Positions 1-9,286 of a stretch of DNA of 64,000 bases are shown here, one piece after another. This DNA comes from Candidatus Micrarchaeota archaeon (GTDB taxonomy: Archaea; Micrarchaeota; Micrarchaeia; Anstonellales; Bilamarchaeaceae): assembly GCA_964647855.1 (NCBI GenBank), contig CAZYJW010000002.1, positions 244,399 through 308,398 of the forward strand, read 5' to 3'. A program made the translations under genes and the position numbers. The stretch's first letter is position 1; every line of letters starts with the position of its first letter. The notes under the pieces were generated by a model, which searched no databases, had not been told where the DNA came from, and saw only the letters and a program-made list of their open reading frames with translations.

Positions 1-1276
1 CCGGCGTGTCTCCGACCTTTATCCTCCTGAGGTCGCTCCTGATGATGTAGAGGGCCTTCGGGTATTCCTCCGACATGATGAGGCCCTTGCAGTATTCGAG
101 GTTCCATTCGGTCACGTGGAGGGGGATTGTCATCTCCTCCGCGATGAGCTTCGGCACGCCGACCTGGTCCAGGTCGAGCCGCGGGTCGGGCGAGACCACC
201 GTGCGGGCCGAGAAGTTGACGCGCTTGCCCGAGAGGTTGTACCTGAAGCGGCCCTCCTTCCCCTTGAGCCTCTGTGCGAGCGTCTTGAGCGGCCTGCCGC
301 TCCTGTGCCTTGCCGGAGGGATGTTTGCGGTCTCGTTGTCGAAGTAGGTCGTGACGTGGTACTGGAGGAGCTCCCAGAGGTCCTCGATGATGAGCTGCGG
401 CGCGCCGGCGTTGATGTTGGCGTCGAGCTTCTGGTTTATCCTTATGACGTCCACGAGCTTGTGCGTGAGGTCGTCCTCGCTCCTCTCGCCGGTCTCCAGG
501 GTTATCGACGGCCGGACGTTCACGGGCGGGACGGGAAGCGCTGTGATGACCATCCACTCCGGGCGCGAGAAGACCGGGTCGAAGCCCATCTCCCGCAGGT
601 CGGCGTCCGTAATTGCCGAGAGCCAGTCGCGGATGTCGGTCGGGAGCATCATGTCCTTGTCCCGGAAGATGGTCGTCGGCTTGAGCAACTTGATTTCCGG
701 GAGCTCGACGCCGCAGTGGCCGCATTTGCGCGAGCCCTTCTCCTTCTTTTTCTTCTTCGAGAGCGACTCGACCGCCTGGGCGGCCTCGGTGGACTCCTTG
801 CCCTTCGCCGGCAGCGCGTCGAGTATCGATGGCACGTCCGCGGCAGCCGGTGAGGCTGGGGCGGGCGCCGGCTTCTCGGGCTCGGCCTTTTCCTCCTCCA
901 CTACCTTTTCAACGGTCTTCTCCAGGTCCTCGAAGTTCTTTGAGGGCGGCTTTTTGCCTAGCACGTGGTGGCACGAAGGGCACGTGGATTTGAGCACGTA
1001 ATATATGTGCTTTGCGAACTCCACATGGATTATGGGGCGCACAAGGTCGATATGACCGAAGTGGCCGGGGCACTCCTTCACGGTGCCTCCGCAGGTCTTG
1101 CAGCGCAGGCCGGGGTCCACGACGCCCAGGCGCGTGTCCACTAGGCCGCCGTCTATCGGGTAGCCGTCGTCGTCGTAGGTGTCGGGGACCACGATTTTCG
1201 CGGCTGACATCTTCCTTATCATCTCCGGCGAGAACAGAGAGAACCTCAGCTTGTCCAAAACCTTCTGGATTTCCAT
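1..1276 (-). CDS. rpoA1: DNA-directed RNA polymerase subunit A' (N-terminal part; gene runs off the left edge)
   Basis: Hand translation of the minus strand from the ATG at 1276-1274 gives MEIQKVLDKLRFSLFSPEMIRKMSAAKIVVPDTYDDDGYPIDGGLVDTRLGVVDPGLRCKTCGGTVKECPGHFGHIDLVRPIIHVEFAKHIYY..., the conserved N-terminal Zn-binding clamp region of RpoA'/Rpb1. It sits immediately downstream of rpoB' as in the canonical archaeal rpoH-rpoB-rpoA operon. It is missing from the ORF track because no stop lies in the window. Confidence 0.9.
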   Translation of the reverse strand, partial: MEIQKVLDKLRFSLFSPEMIRKMSAAKIVVPDTYDDDGYPIDGGLVDTRLGVVDPGLRCKTCGGTVKECPGHFGHIDLVRPIIHVEFAKHIYYVLKSTCPSCHHVLGKKPPSKNFEDLEKTVEKVVEEEKAEPEKPAPAPASPAAADVPSILDALPAKGKESTEAAQAVESLSKKKKKEKGSRKCGHCGVELPEIKLLKPTTIFRDKDMMLPTDIRDWLSAITDADLREMGFDPVFSRPEWMVITALPVPPVNVRPSITLETGERSEDDLTHKLVDVIRINQKLDANINAGAPQLIIEDLWELLQYHVTTYFDNETANIPPARHRSGRPLKTLAQRLKGKEGRFRYNLSGKRVNFSARTVVSPDPRLDLDQVGVPKLIAEEMTIPLHVTEWNLEYCKGLIMSEEYPKALYIIRSDLRRIKVGDTP

Positions 1277-1297
1277 GTGATTACCTCGATGCCCCGT

Positions 1298-3148
1298 TCA
1301 GCCCTTGTCCTTGAGCAGTATCCTCGGGAAAATGTAAAGCGACTTTATCTCGTCGAGGAGCAGCTTGAACGCGTAGCTCATCTCGACGGGCTCCACGACC
1401 TCGGACTGGCATATCGGGCACAGGTCCCGGTTGCGCGCGTAGTCGTGGGTCGCTATCGAGCCGCACTCCGAGCACACGAGCTGCACGGTCTTGTCGCTCT
1501 CCTCGAGCAGCCTTTCCTTGATGAGCATGCTGGCGCCGTAGCCTATCAGGCAGTCGCGCTCCATCTCCCCGAACCTGAGGCCACCCTCGCGGGCGCGGCC
1601 CTCGGTCGGCTGGTGGGTGAGCAGCTGCACGGGGCCCCTCGAGCGCACGTGCATCTTGTTGGAAACGAGGTGGTGGAGCCGCTGGTAATAGACGACGCCC
1701 ATGAATATCCTGGCCTTAATCTGCTTCCCGGTCAGGCCGTCGTAGAGGATTTCCTCCCCGTGCTCCTCGAAGCCGTTCTTCTTGAGTATCGCCATGTATT
1801 CCTCTTCGGTGTTGCCGCCGAAGGCGGTGCCGTCCATAAGCATGCCGCCTATCGAGCCCGCGGTACCGCCGAGCGTCTCGAGCAGGTGCCCCGCGGTCAT
1901 GCGCGAGGGTATCGCGTGCGGGTTGACAATCAGGTCCGGCGTTATGCCGGAGCGCGTGAACGGCATGTCCTCCTGCGGGACGAGCAGGCCGATTACGCCC
2001 TTCTGCCCGTGCCTCGAGGCGAGCTTGTCCCCGATTTCCGGGGTCTTGACCGAGCGGACGCGGACCTTGACAAGGCGGTTGCCGCTCGGGCCCTCCGTGA
2101 CCATGACCGAGTCGACCTTCCCCTTCTCGCCGCTTTTTAGGGAGAGCGAACTCTCGCGCTTCTTCTCCTCCACGGCGCCGAACACTGATATCTCCTCGAG
2201 GAACCTCGGCGGCGACGTCTTGCCCACGAGGACGTCCTTGCTGCTCACGTCGCTCTCGGGCATCACGATGCCGTCTTCGGCGAGGTGCTTGTACGCGGCC
2301 TCGCCGCGGTATCCGACGACCTCGGGTGTGGGCAGCTCTATCTTGTCCTTCTGCCCGCCGGGGTACATCCTCTCCTCGGCCTCGTATGTCTTGAACATGG
2401 CGACGCGGTGGAGCCCGCGGTCGATGGCTGAGCGGTTCACGACTATGGCGTCCGCCATGTTGTATCCGTGATAGCTCAGGAGCGCGACGACGCAGTTCTG
2501 CCCGGCGGCCTTGTCCTTGAGGTTGAGCGCGCGGTAGAGGCTGGTCGATACGAGCGGCATCTGCGGGTAATACATCACATAGCCGCGGGTGTCATAGCGG
2601 GAATTGAAGTTCGTCGAATAGACGCCCAGCGACTGCTTCGCCATGGCGCAGGCCATCGTGATTCTCGGCGAAGAGTTGTGCTCCGAGTAGGGCAGGACGC
2701 CCGCGACGACCCCGAAGATGTTCGACGCGTCGACCTCGAGGTGGGTGTGGTCGGGGACGAGGTCCTTCTCGCTGAAAGCCACGTAGGCGTTCTCCTCCTC
2801 CTGGGCGTCGAGATATTCTATTATGCCCATCTTGACAAGGTGGTTCCAGTTGAGCTCGTTGTTCCTTATTCTCGCCGCGATTTCGGGCGTGAGCCTGGAC
2901 TTGCCGCCCTCCACGACGATGTACGGGCGCCTCACGCGCCCCTTGTCGGTGAGTATGTGGAGCTCGTTGAGCTTGGGATTGAAGTAAACGTTGACCTGGT
3001 TCGACAGCTCGTTCATCCTCCTGCGCTCGCGCAGCCTCTGAGCGAGGCTCTTCCCGTCGGGATGCGCCCCGACAATCCTGCCGTTCAGGAATATGCTCGT
3101 CCGCTCAGGAGCGGCCCTCCGTTTTCTGCGTCTGACCATGCATGCCAC
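1298..3148 (-). CDS. rpoB1: DNA-directed RNA polymerase subunit B' (C-terminal half of split subunit B)
   Basis: 616-aa ORF with RNAP beta-like motifs GDKLASRHGQKGVIG and PVQLLTHQPTEGRAREGGLRFGEMERD, plus a C-terminal Zn ribbon (CSECG...CPIC). Adjacent to rpoB'' and rpoA'. Confidence 0.95.
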   Translation of the reverse strand: MACMVRRRKRRAAPERTSIFLNGRIVGAHPDGKSLAQRLRERRRMNELSNQVNVYFNPKLNELHILTDKGRVRRPYIVVEGGKSRLTPEIAARIRNNELNWNHLVKMGIIEYLDAQEEENAYVAFSEKDLVPDHTHLEVDASNIFGVVAGVLPYSEHNSSPRITMACAMAKQSLGVYSTNFNSRYDTRGYVMYYPQMPLVSTSLYRALNLKDKAAGQNCVVALLSYHGYNMADAIVVNRSAIDRGLHRVAMFKTYEAEERMYPGGQKDKIELPTPEVVGYRGEAAYKHLAEDGIVMPESDVSSKDVLVGKTSPPRFLEEISVFGAVEEKKRESSLSLKSGEKGKVDSVMVTEGPSGNRLVKVRVRSVKTPEIGDKLASRHGQKGVIGLLVPQEDMPFTRSGITPDLIVNPHAIPSRMTAGHLLETLGGTAGSIGGMLMDGTAFGGNTEEEYMAILKKNGFEEHGEEILYDGLTGKQIKARIFMGVVYYQRLHHLVSNKMHVRSRGPVQLLTHQPTEGRAREGGLRFGEMERDCLIGYGASMLIKERLLEESDKTVQLVCSECGSIATHDYARNRDLCPICQSEVVEPVEMSYAFKLLLDEIKSLYIFPRILLKDKG

Positions 3149-3155
3149 CTTGCGA

Positions 3156-4619
3156 TTATTCCTTGACGTCGTACGCCCTCAGTATGCGCTCAATCTCCTC
3201 CTCTTCCACGCCGATTGAGACCTCGGCCATCACGGCGAGGTTCTTGACCAGCGAGCAGCTCGGCCCCTCCGGCGTCTCGTTGGGGCAGAGCTTCCCGATG
3301 TGCGTCCCGTGGAGGTCGCGGGCCTTGAAGTGCGGGTGCTTCTTTGACAGCGGTGAAATCACGCGCCGCAGGTGGGATATCGTCGAGAGATAGCTCACCC
3401 GGTCCAGGAGCTGCGAGACGCCGGTCTGCCCGGCTATCCAGTTGCCCGTGGCCATCGCGTACTTGATGCGGTCGCCCATCACGTCCTGCCTGATGAGCGT
3501 GTGCACCTGAAGCCTGCGGCCGCGCGCGTCCGCGCGCGACGCCTGGTAGACGAGGTCCTTGATGAGGAACTGGAACGCGTAGCGGAAAAGCTCCTCCATC
3601 ATGTCCCCCGCGAGCTTCACCCTCTTGTTCGCGTAGTGGTCCTTGTCGTCCGGGGCGATTTCCTTGTATGCGACGCGCGTCGCGCGCTCGGCCATCCTGA
3701 CCAGGTAGCGCGCCTTGTCTATGCGCGCGGCCTTCGTGACGCCGATGTGGGGGAGCAGGTAGTTGTCAATCAGGTTCTCCATCCTGTTGAGGCGGAATTC
3801 GGGCGGCTGGCCCGGGGAGAGCCGCCTGCTCAGCATGTCGATGGCCTCGTCCTTCGTGGTGGACTGCTCGCCCTCGAGGTTCAGTATCACGTCGTTCCGT
3901 ATGTGCTTTTCCTGGGTGAAGGTCGCGAGGATGTCGTCGTTCTTCTCGAGGCCGAGCACGCGGAGCATCTGGAGGAGCGGGATGCCGGAGGGCGTCGAGG
4001 GGAATTCCGCGGTATATACGCCGTCGTGGTTGCGCTCGACGACGCACCGGGCCCGAAAGCCGTAGTGCGTGGAGAAAATCTTGGAAACCACGCCGTTCCT
4101 CTCGTTCGTGACCATGAGCTTGTTGGGGACGAGGTCCTCTATCGAGGTGAGGACGCGCTCGCTGCCGTTGATGATGAAATACCCGCCCGGGTCTTCGGGG
4201 TCCTCGCCGTTCTCCACAAGCTCGTCCTTGCGCATGGTCGATAGGTAGCAGAGCTTGGATTTCAGCATGACCGGAAGCTCGCCGATGAACACGTCCGAAT
4301 ACACCGGGCGCTCGACGCCGTTGAACACCGGGATTATCTCGAGGAAGATGGGCGCGGAGTAGCTGAGGTTGCGGAGGCGGGCCTCGTTCGGTAGAATCTG
4401 CCGGTAGCCGCCCTTCACCTCGTAGTAGCGGGGCTGCTCTATCCTCACCTTTCCGAGCTTGAGCTCGAAGCCGTCCACGTTGGTCTGTATCTTCCCTATC
4501 CTGTCGACAACCTGCTGTATCCCCCCGTCGAGGAACTTGTTGTACGACAGCAGCTGCTGGTTGACCAGCGTGTTGACCCTGAAATAAGCCTCGGTAAGAC
4601 CCTCAACCATATAGAACAA
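3156..4619 (-). CDS. rpoB2: DNA-directed RNA polymerase subunit B'' (N-terminal half of split subunit B)
   Basis: 487-aa ORF whose N-terminal region resembles Rpb2/RpoB (for example YFIINGSERV and HPHFKARDLHGTHIGKLCPNETPEG). It lies 7 nt upstream of rpoB'. Split B is typical of many Euryarchaeota and DPANN-type archaea. Confidence 0.95.
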   Translation of the reverse strand: MFYMVEGLTEAYFRVNTLVNQQLLSYNKFLDGGIQQVVDRIGKIQTNVDGFELKLGKVRIEQPRYYEVKGGYRQILPNEARLRNLSYSAPIFLEIIPVFNGVERPVYSDVFIGELPVMLKSKLCYLSTMRKDELVENGEDPEDPGGYFIINGSERVLTSIEDLVPNKLMVTNERNGVVSKIFSTHYGFRARCVVERNHDGVYTAEFPSTPSGIPLLQMLRVLGLEKNDDILATFTQEKHIRNDVILNLEGEQSTTKDEAIDMLSRRLSPGQPPEFRLNRMENLIDNYLLPHIGVTKAARIDKARYLVRMAERATRVAYKEIAPDDKDHYANKRVKLAGDMMEELFRYAFQFLIKDLVYQASRADARGRRLQVHTLIRQDVMGDRIKYAMATGNWIAGQTGVSQLLDRVSYLSTISHLRRVISPLSKKHPHFKARDLHGTHIGKLCPNETPEGPSCSLVKNLAVMAEVSIGVEEEEIERILRAYDVKE

Positions 4620-4673
4620 CCTCTATCGGCCGGCGGAAAATGCCGGACTCATCGCCTGAAAACAAAGGAACGT

Positions 4674-4928
4674 TCATTCCACGACCACTCTGTAGGTCGT
4701 ATACCTGCCGGTGCCGTCGTCCCGGCTTATGCGGATGACGTCGCCCGGAACCGCCTTGAGCGCGGCCGCCTCCGGGTCGCGCTGGAGCATCCGGGGGAGC
4801 ATGCGCTCGTCGATTCCGAATTCCGAGAACAGTTTCTTCTTATCCGCCTCGCTGAGCACCTTCATCTCAGGAACGAGGAAATGGGACAGGACATCTGCTG
4901 TGGGGACTTCTCTCTTTTTCTTCTTCAA
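4674..4928 (-). CDS. rpoH: DNA-directed RNA polymerase subunit H (Rpb5 homologue)
   Basis: 84-aa ORF. The sequence HFLVPEMKVLSEADKKKL...LPRMLQRDPEAAALKAVPGDVIRISR matches the RpoH/Rpb5 C-terminal domain pattern. It is the first gene of the rpoH-B-A operon. Confidence 0.9.
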   Translation of the reverse strand: MKKKKREVPTADVLSHFLVPEMKVLSEADKKKLFSEFGIDERMLPRMLQRDPEAAALKAVPGDVIRISRDDGTGRYTTYRVVVE

Positions 4929-5092
4929 GCAGGACCACCTAGAGCGAGCCTATGGCTGGGCCAGCGATTACACTGGCCTTCCCGGTATGGGAAATTATGG
5001 TGGAAAGGTTTATAAGTATGCATGTCAGAAGCCGCGCCAGGGACTGCGAACAGCCCAAGCCGCCCGGAATCACACCGCAGGCCGCGAATGGC

Positions 5093-5100
5093 TTTAATAC
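5093..5100 (+). promoter_or_regulatory. Candidate TATA box (TTTAATAC) for guaAA, leaderless spacing
   Basis: AT-rich octamer whose 3' end lies 22 nt upstream of the ATG at 5122. Other genes in this window show a similar 20-24 nt spacing. Confidence 0.4.
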
Positions 5101-5121
5101 CTTGGATAAAATTATGGTGCC

Positions 5122-5712
5122 ATGACGCTCATCATAGACAACGGCTCGCAGTACACCCACCTGATAAAGAGGACCTGCCGCGAGCTCGGCTTCGAGGCCG
5201 AGATGCTTTATAGCAAGGCGGACTATTCGCAGGTCGAGGAGCACATGAGGAAGGGAATATCGCGCATCATCCTTTCGGGGGGGCCCAGCTCGGTCTATTC
5301 CGACCCGCCCAACCTCAGCTCCATGATTTGCGAACGCGTGCGGGACGGGGCGATACGGCTTCCAGTCCTCGGCGTCTGCTACGGCCACCAGATGATAGCT
5401 CACGTGTTCGGGGCGAAGGTCGCCAAGGGAAAGAGCGCCGAATACGGCCTCGGCGAGGTGGAAATCGACGAGGAGGACGCGCTTTTCAGGGGCGTCCCGA
5501 AAAAAATCCGGGCATGGGTGTCGCATTTCGACGAGGTCAAGGAGCTGCCGGGGGGGTTCGCCGGGCTCGCGCACTCCGAATCCTGCGCCATCGAGGCCAT
5601 GAGGCACATCGGGCGCCCCATCTTCAGCGTCCAGTTCCACCCGGAGGTGTGGCACACCGAGCACGGGGAGGACATCCTGAGGAACTTTTTGGAGCATTTG
5701 GTGCAGGAATGA
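5122..5712 (+). CDS. guaAA: GMP synthase (glutamine-hydrolysing) subunit A, class I glutamine amidotransferase
   Basis: 196-aa ORF with MTLIIDNGSQYTHLI..., the catalytic Cys context LGVCYGHQMIA and the His context FSVQFHPEV. Size and lack of an ATP-PPase domain fit the stand-alone archaeal subunit A. Confidence 0.85.
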   Translation: MTLIIDNGSQYTHLIKRTCRELGFEAEMLYSKADYSQVEEHMRKGISRIILSGGPSSVYSDPPNLSSMICERVRDGAIRLPVLGVCYGHQMIAHVFGAKVAKGKSAEYGLGEVEIDEEDALFRGVPKKIRAWVSHFDEVKELPGGFAGLAHSESCAIEAMRHIGRPIFSVQFHPEVWHTEHGEDILRNFLEHLVQE

Positions 5713-5741
5713 GCCGAAGCGAACGCGGATGTGGCTCCGGT

Positions 5742-6398
5742 TCATTTCTGCGCTTCAGGCGGTTTTGCGGCAGCCTCCGCATCGCGCGCTTGCTGCATTG
5801 ACTCCATGACGTCCTCCTCTGAAAGGAACGCGTAATCCGCTTTCAATAATTTTTCCGCGGACACCTTCCTCTTCCTGAAAGAGTACGAGGCTTGCAGTAT
5901 GTTCTCAAGCCCGGACCATGTGGAATACCAAATCAGCACGGAGTAGATGGTCAGCACCGGGACGGTCTCCAGCTCGGGCACGATGAACAGCGCCAGGGAC
6001 AGCAGGATGCCGACCGTGAGCCGGATTGCGCCGTTCCTGGCCTTTTCCTTCGCCTTCTGCTCGATTTCCCGCACACGCAGGCGGAAATGCTCCTTTAGCC
6101 TCTTCTTGATTAGCGCCTCGGTCTTTTCGGAGCGTGCCGCCCGGGGGAGGGTGAAGTTGACCGCGAATTCCCCTTTCCCGGTGGAGAGGCATCGCCGGCG
6201 CAGCTCGTAGAGGAAGTCCTCGGAAAGGAGCCGCTTGTTGTACGGGGACGGGTCGAAATCCGAGAAGATGTCGTCATAGTCGTCAAGCGCGATGTCGGCC
6301 CGCTGGAGGACGTCGGAGACCGTCTCCTTGGGGATTGCCGCTCCGCCCTTCTGCTGGGGCTCCTTCGGGGCGGGCTTCTGCTCCTCCTTCTCTGCCAT
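5742..6398 (-). CDS. Hypothetical membrane protein (acidic N-terminus, two predicted TM helices)
   Basis: 218-aa ORF. Hydrophobic segments GAIRLTVGILLSLALFIV and VPVLTIYSVLIWYSTW. No recognisable family. Confidence 0.55.
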   Translation of the reverse strand: MAEKEEQKPAPKEPQQKGGAAIPKETVSDVLQRADIALDDYDDIFSDFDPSPYNKRLLSEDFLYELRRRCLSTGKGEFAVNFTLPRAARSEKTEALIKKRLKEHFRLRVREIEQKAKEKARNGAIRLTVGILLSLALFIVPELETVPVLTIYSVLIWYSTWSGLENILQASYSFRKRKVSAEKLLKADYAFLSEEDVMESMQQARDAEAAAKPPEAQK

Positions 6399-6469
6399 GA
6401 TGGCTAACGCTCCCCGGATGTTTATAATTGTTGCCCGGTGGCGGGGGCCGCAGTGGGCTCGCCGCCGGT

Positions 6470-7540
6470 TCAGCGCGTGACGTCCTTTGCGCTTATCTGC
6501 TCCAGGTATTCGCTGTTTTTCGCGAAATACTCGCGGCTCGGGCGGAGCATGCCGATAAGCTCTCGGGCCACCGCGTTCTTGAGGTCCATCGGGTGGAGCT
6601 TTCCTTCCGCGTACAGGGTTTTGAGTTCGGATGCGTCCGCGATTTCGATGTCGCCGCCGAACTTCGCAGGACGCTCGATTCTCATCCCGCGCTCGCGCAG
6701 GAACAGGTATTCCGCGTATTCCACTATGGGGTTGCCCTCGACGGCCTTCTCGGGGCAGTGCGCCTTCTTGATTTTCGCGCGTATCTCCTCCTCGGAATCG
6801 TGGATGAAGATCGCGCTCCCCGGGATGCTCTTGCTCATCTTGGCTTCCAGCACCTGGTCCTCCTTGCTCATCCCGATGTCCATGCGCGCGCCGCCCTGCA
6901 GGCCGGGGAGCAGGTGGTGGTGGACGGCGACGAAGTCCTTCCTGTAGGAATGAGAAAGCTCCCGCGCGAGCATGTGCACCTTGCGCTGGTCCATGCCCGC
7001 ATGCGCGACCTGGACGTCGAGCATGAAGAGGTCCGCCGCCTGCATGGCGGGATAGAGTATCACGGCGGAGGATGTCGCGTCGCTCTCCTTCCTGCCCATT
7101 ATCGTTATGCAGCGGAGCATGCGCTTGATGGTGGTGTCCTTAGCAATCCTCAGGACCTCCTTCCAGTATTCGCCGCCGTAGAGGTCGCTCGCGAGCACGA
7201 AATCCACCTTCGACTCGTCTATTCCGAGCGAGATGAACGCGTGCTTGAAATAGCCGAGGCCCACGGAACGTATCTTTTCGAGGTCGCCCCCAAGCTTCCC
7301 GTTGATGTAGGAATGGTAGTCGGCGAGGAAGATGGTTGGCTTCATCCCCGCGGCAAGGAAGTCGTTGACCTTGAGCATCGTGCAGAGGCCGGTCCCGAGG
7401 TGGACCATGCCGGAAATCTCGAATCCTATATAATGCCTCGGATGCGCGTGGCTCTCGAAAATCCGCCTCAGGTCGTCGTCGGTGACGACCTCCTCGGTGG
7501 GCTTGCGCCGCACGAGGTCCACCTTTGTGAGCGTGTCCAT
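6470..7540 (-). CDS. tyrS: Tyrosine--tRNA ligase (archaeal type)
   Basis: 356-aa ORF with class I aaRS signatures (HLGTG, KMSKS). The blocks GMDQRKVHMLAREL, EEIRAKIKKAHCP..VEGNPIVEYA, RPAKFGGD and KLHPMDLKNAVARELI closely follow the archaeal TyrRS pattern as I recall it (for example Methanocaldococcus). Confidence 0.85.
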   Translation of the reverse strand: MDTLTKVDLVRRKPTEEVVTDDDLRRIFESHAHPRHYIGFEISGMVHLGTGLCTMLKVNDFLAAGMKPTIFLADYHSYINGKLGGDLEKIRSVGLGYFKHAFISLGIDESKVDFVLASDLYGGEYWKEVLRIAKDTTIKRMLRCITIMGRKESDATSSAVILYPAMQAADLFMLDVQVAHAGMDQRKVHMLARELSHSYRKDFVAVHHHLLPGLQGGARMDIGMSKEDQVLEAKMSKSIPGSAIFIHDSEEEIRAKIKKAHCPEKAVEGNPIVEYAEYLFLRERGMRIERPAKFGGDIEIADASELKTLYAEGKLHPMDLKNAVARELIGMLRPSREYFAKNSEYLEQISAKDVTR

Positions 7541-7602
7541 GAGTGAGCCTTCCGCGAAGGATTATTTAAAAGTTATTAACATAGAGGAATATCCTGCCAC
7601 GC

Positions 7603-7773
7603 GCCTCCGTAGCTCAGTGGTAGAGCGGCTCTCTTGTATCCAACTTTTAGGAAAAGTTGGATCAAAACAGTCTGTTTGCAAACCCTCGGAGGGTTTGCCG
7701 ACAAAAAGTTTTGGTCCCGCTTTTCCAAAAGCGGGAAAGGAGCAGGTCGGGGGTTCAATCCCCTCCGGAGGCT
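7603..7773 (+). tRNA. tRNA-Thr (anticodon TGT) with a 99-nt intron at the canonical 37/38 position
   Basis: Hand fold. Acceptor GCCTCCG/CGGAGGC, D arm GCTC-AGTGGTA-GAGC, anticodon stem GCTCT (7628-7632) paired with GGAGC (7739-7743), loop CTTGTA|A with anticodon TGT at 7635-7637, T arm GGGGG-TTCAATC-CCCTC, discriminator T. CCA is not encoded. A TATA-like TATTTAAAAG lies at 7563-7572 and a T-tract follows the gene. Confidence 0.85.
7639..7737 (+). other. tRNA-Thr intron (99 nt) containing three perfect hairpins
   Basis: Hairpins CCAACTTTT-AGG-AAAAGTTGG, CAAACCCTC-GG-AGGGTTTG and CCCGCTTTT-CC-AAAAGCGGG lie between the two anticodon-stem halves. No C/D box motifs seen. Confidence 0.75.
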
Positions 7774-7810
7774 TTGGCTTTTTCGCGGGCCTTGGCGCGA
7801 CGGGCGCCTT

Positions 7811-9145
7811 TCACGCATTGCCGTTGGATGCACCGGTCAGGCTTTTAAGGTTGATAACCAGTCTGAGCCGAACCTTTACAAGCTCTTCATGGAGGTATTT
7901 TAGCCTCTGGAGAAGCCGCTCCTTATAGGTTGTGATGCTTATCTTCCCCCATTCACAGCGGACCGTGTCGGTGTCTATTCCTATATTCGCCGCATCGAAT
8001 TTGGCCATCTTTTCAAGGAGTTCGTCTCGGCTGGCCTTCCCTTCGAAATAATCCTTTACGCACACGGTCAGGTAGAACTGGCCCGTCAGGCTGCCGAGAA
8101 CGCGGCGGTTCTTTTCAATGATGCCCTTTCGCTTCCTGTCGCCGCAGAGCGAGGCCGCCTTTTCGCCGTAGCCGGCCAGCCTGTCCTTCAAGCCGTCCTG
8201 GCGCAGGAGAGCCTTCAATTCCTCGGGAACGCAGGAAAAGGACCTGTCCGCGCTTACGCCATTGTCATCAATGAGGCGGAACGCCTCTTCCATCCCCGCA
8301 TCATTCCGGATTTCTTGCAGAAAATCGCGCAATGCCTGCCTGCGGCGTTCCTCATTCTCAGCCTGCAGCTCCTTTTTCCGATTTTCCGCCTTCCTGCGTT
8401 CCGCCGCATCAGCCACGGCAGAGACGAACTCGTCGACCGTGCCCCCGGATATCTCCTGCGACAGTCGAACGCATCTCGAGGGGGCGTTTGAGCCGGGTAT
8501 TCGCGCCCATTCGCCTCCGAGCATTTCAACAAATCTTTCAAGCTCTTGCGCCGATTCGAATGAGTTCAGATAGCGCATGAGCGTGCCTATTTTCGAGAAA
8601 TGGACGGGCGCCGAGCGGCAGAGCCCCTCTATATCGGATAGTGCGCCCTCATCCGAGGCTAAGGCCCCGTGCATCAGTTCAGGGCTGAACATTCGGCTCT
8701 CCGGAAACAGAGCCCCGAGCTTGCAGAGCTGCGCTTCCCCGTACCTTTCTGCGAAGGCCGCCAGCTCTTGCGCGAAGAGGGCGGCTTTTCTCTTGGGATA
8801 GTCTTCGAAAAATATCCTGATATAGCCGCTTTCGTCCATGCTCCTGCCAAGCATGAACCCCCGCTCCTCTTCATCCGCCAGGCGGTATGCGCCATCTTCA
8901 TACACTGTCCGCGCGTTCATTTCGTTTGATATGTGGACGCCCAGTTCCGCTCTGCTAAGGCCCTCGATTCTGGCGGTTTCGTGATAGTTCGCCACAATCC
9001 TCGCAAGAATCCGCGCCTTTTTGCCGCATGCCGCATCCGGGCCGGCCGCTTTCAGCCTTGATTCCATTCTCGAAGCTGTCCGCAGGAAGGTTTCCTTCCT
9101 GCATTCCGAAGGAGTATTCGCATTGGCAGATTTCATATGGGTCAC
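7811..9145 (-). CDS. Hypothetical protein (444 aa; central coiled-coil, possible N-terminal HTH)
   Basis: Longest ORF in the interval. The start is either GTG 9145 or ATG 9136. A TATA-like TTATATAA lies on the minus strand at 9174-9181. No family recognised. Confidence 0.6.
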   Translation of the reverse strand: MTHMKSANANTPSECRKETFLRTASRMESRLKAAGPDAACGKKARILARIVANYHETARIEGLSRAELGVHISNEMNARTVYEDGAYRLADEEERGFMLGRSMDESGYIRIFFEDYPKRKAALFAQELAAFAERYGEAQLCKLGALFPESRMFSPELMHGALASDEGALSDIEGLCRSAPVHFSKIGTLMRYLNSFESAQELERFVEMLGGEWARIPGSNAPSRCVRLSQEISGGTVDEFVSAVADAAERRKAENRKKELQAENEERRRQALRDFLQEIRNDAGMEEAFRLIDDNGVSADRSFSCVPEELKALLRQDGLKDRLAGYGEKAASLCGDRKRKGIIEKNRRVLGSLTGQFYLTVCVKDYFEGKASRDELLEKMAKFDAANIGIDTDTVRCEWGKISITTYKERLLQRLKYLHEELVKVRLRLVINLKSLTGASNGNA

Positions 9146-9286
9146 CGTGGCATTAATTACACAATATTACTCATTATATAACCAAAAAGAATAAAAACGC
9201 GCGCGATTGAATCGCTGCCCTGCCGGCACCCCCGCACAGCGTTCCGGAGGACGCGGGGCGGCGGATTGGGGGATTGTTTTCCGTTC

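Noticed and set aside
116-1001. Plus-strand ORFs 116..853 and 351..1001 (245 and 216 aa) at the left edge
   Set aside because: They lie antisense to a minus-strand frame that translates into a textbook RpoA' N-terminus. Their composition (Arg/Leu/Val/Asp-rich or Ser-rich) is typical of shadow ORFs in GC-rich DNA.
7639-7737. C/D box sRNA hidden in the tRNA-Thr intron
   Set aside because: No RUGAUGA (C box) or CUGA (D box) motifs are present in the required arrangement. Only three simple hairpins are seen.
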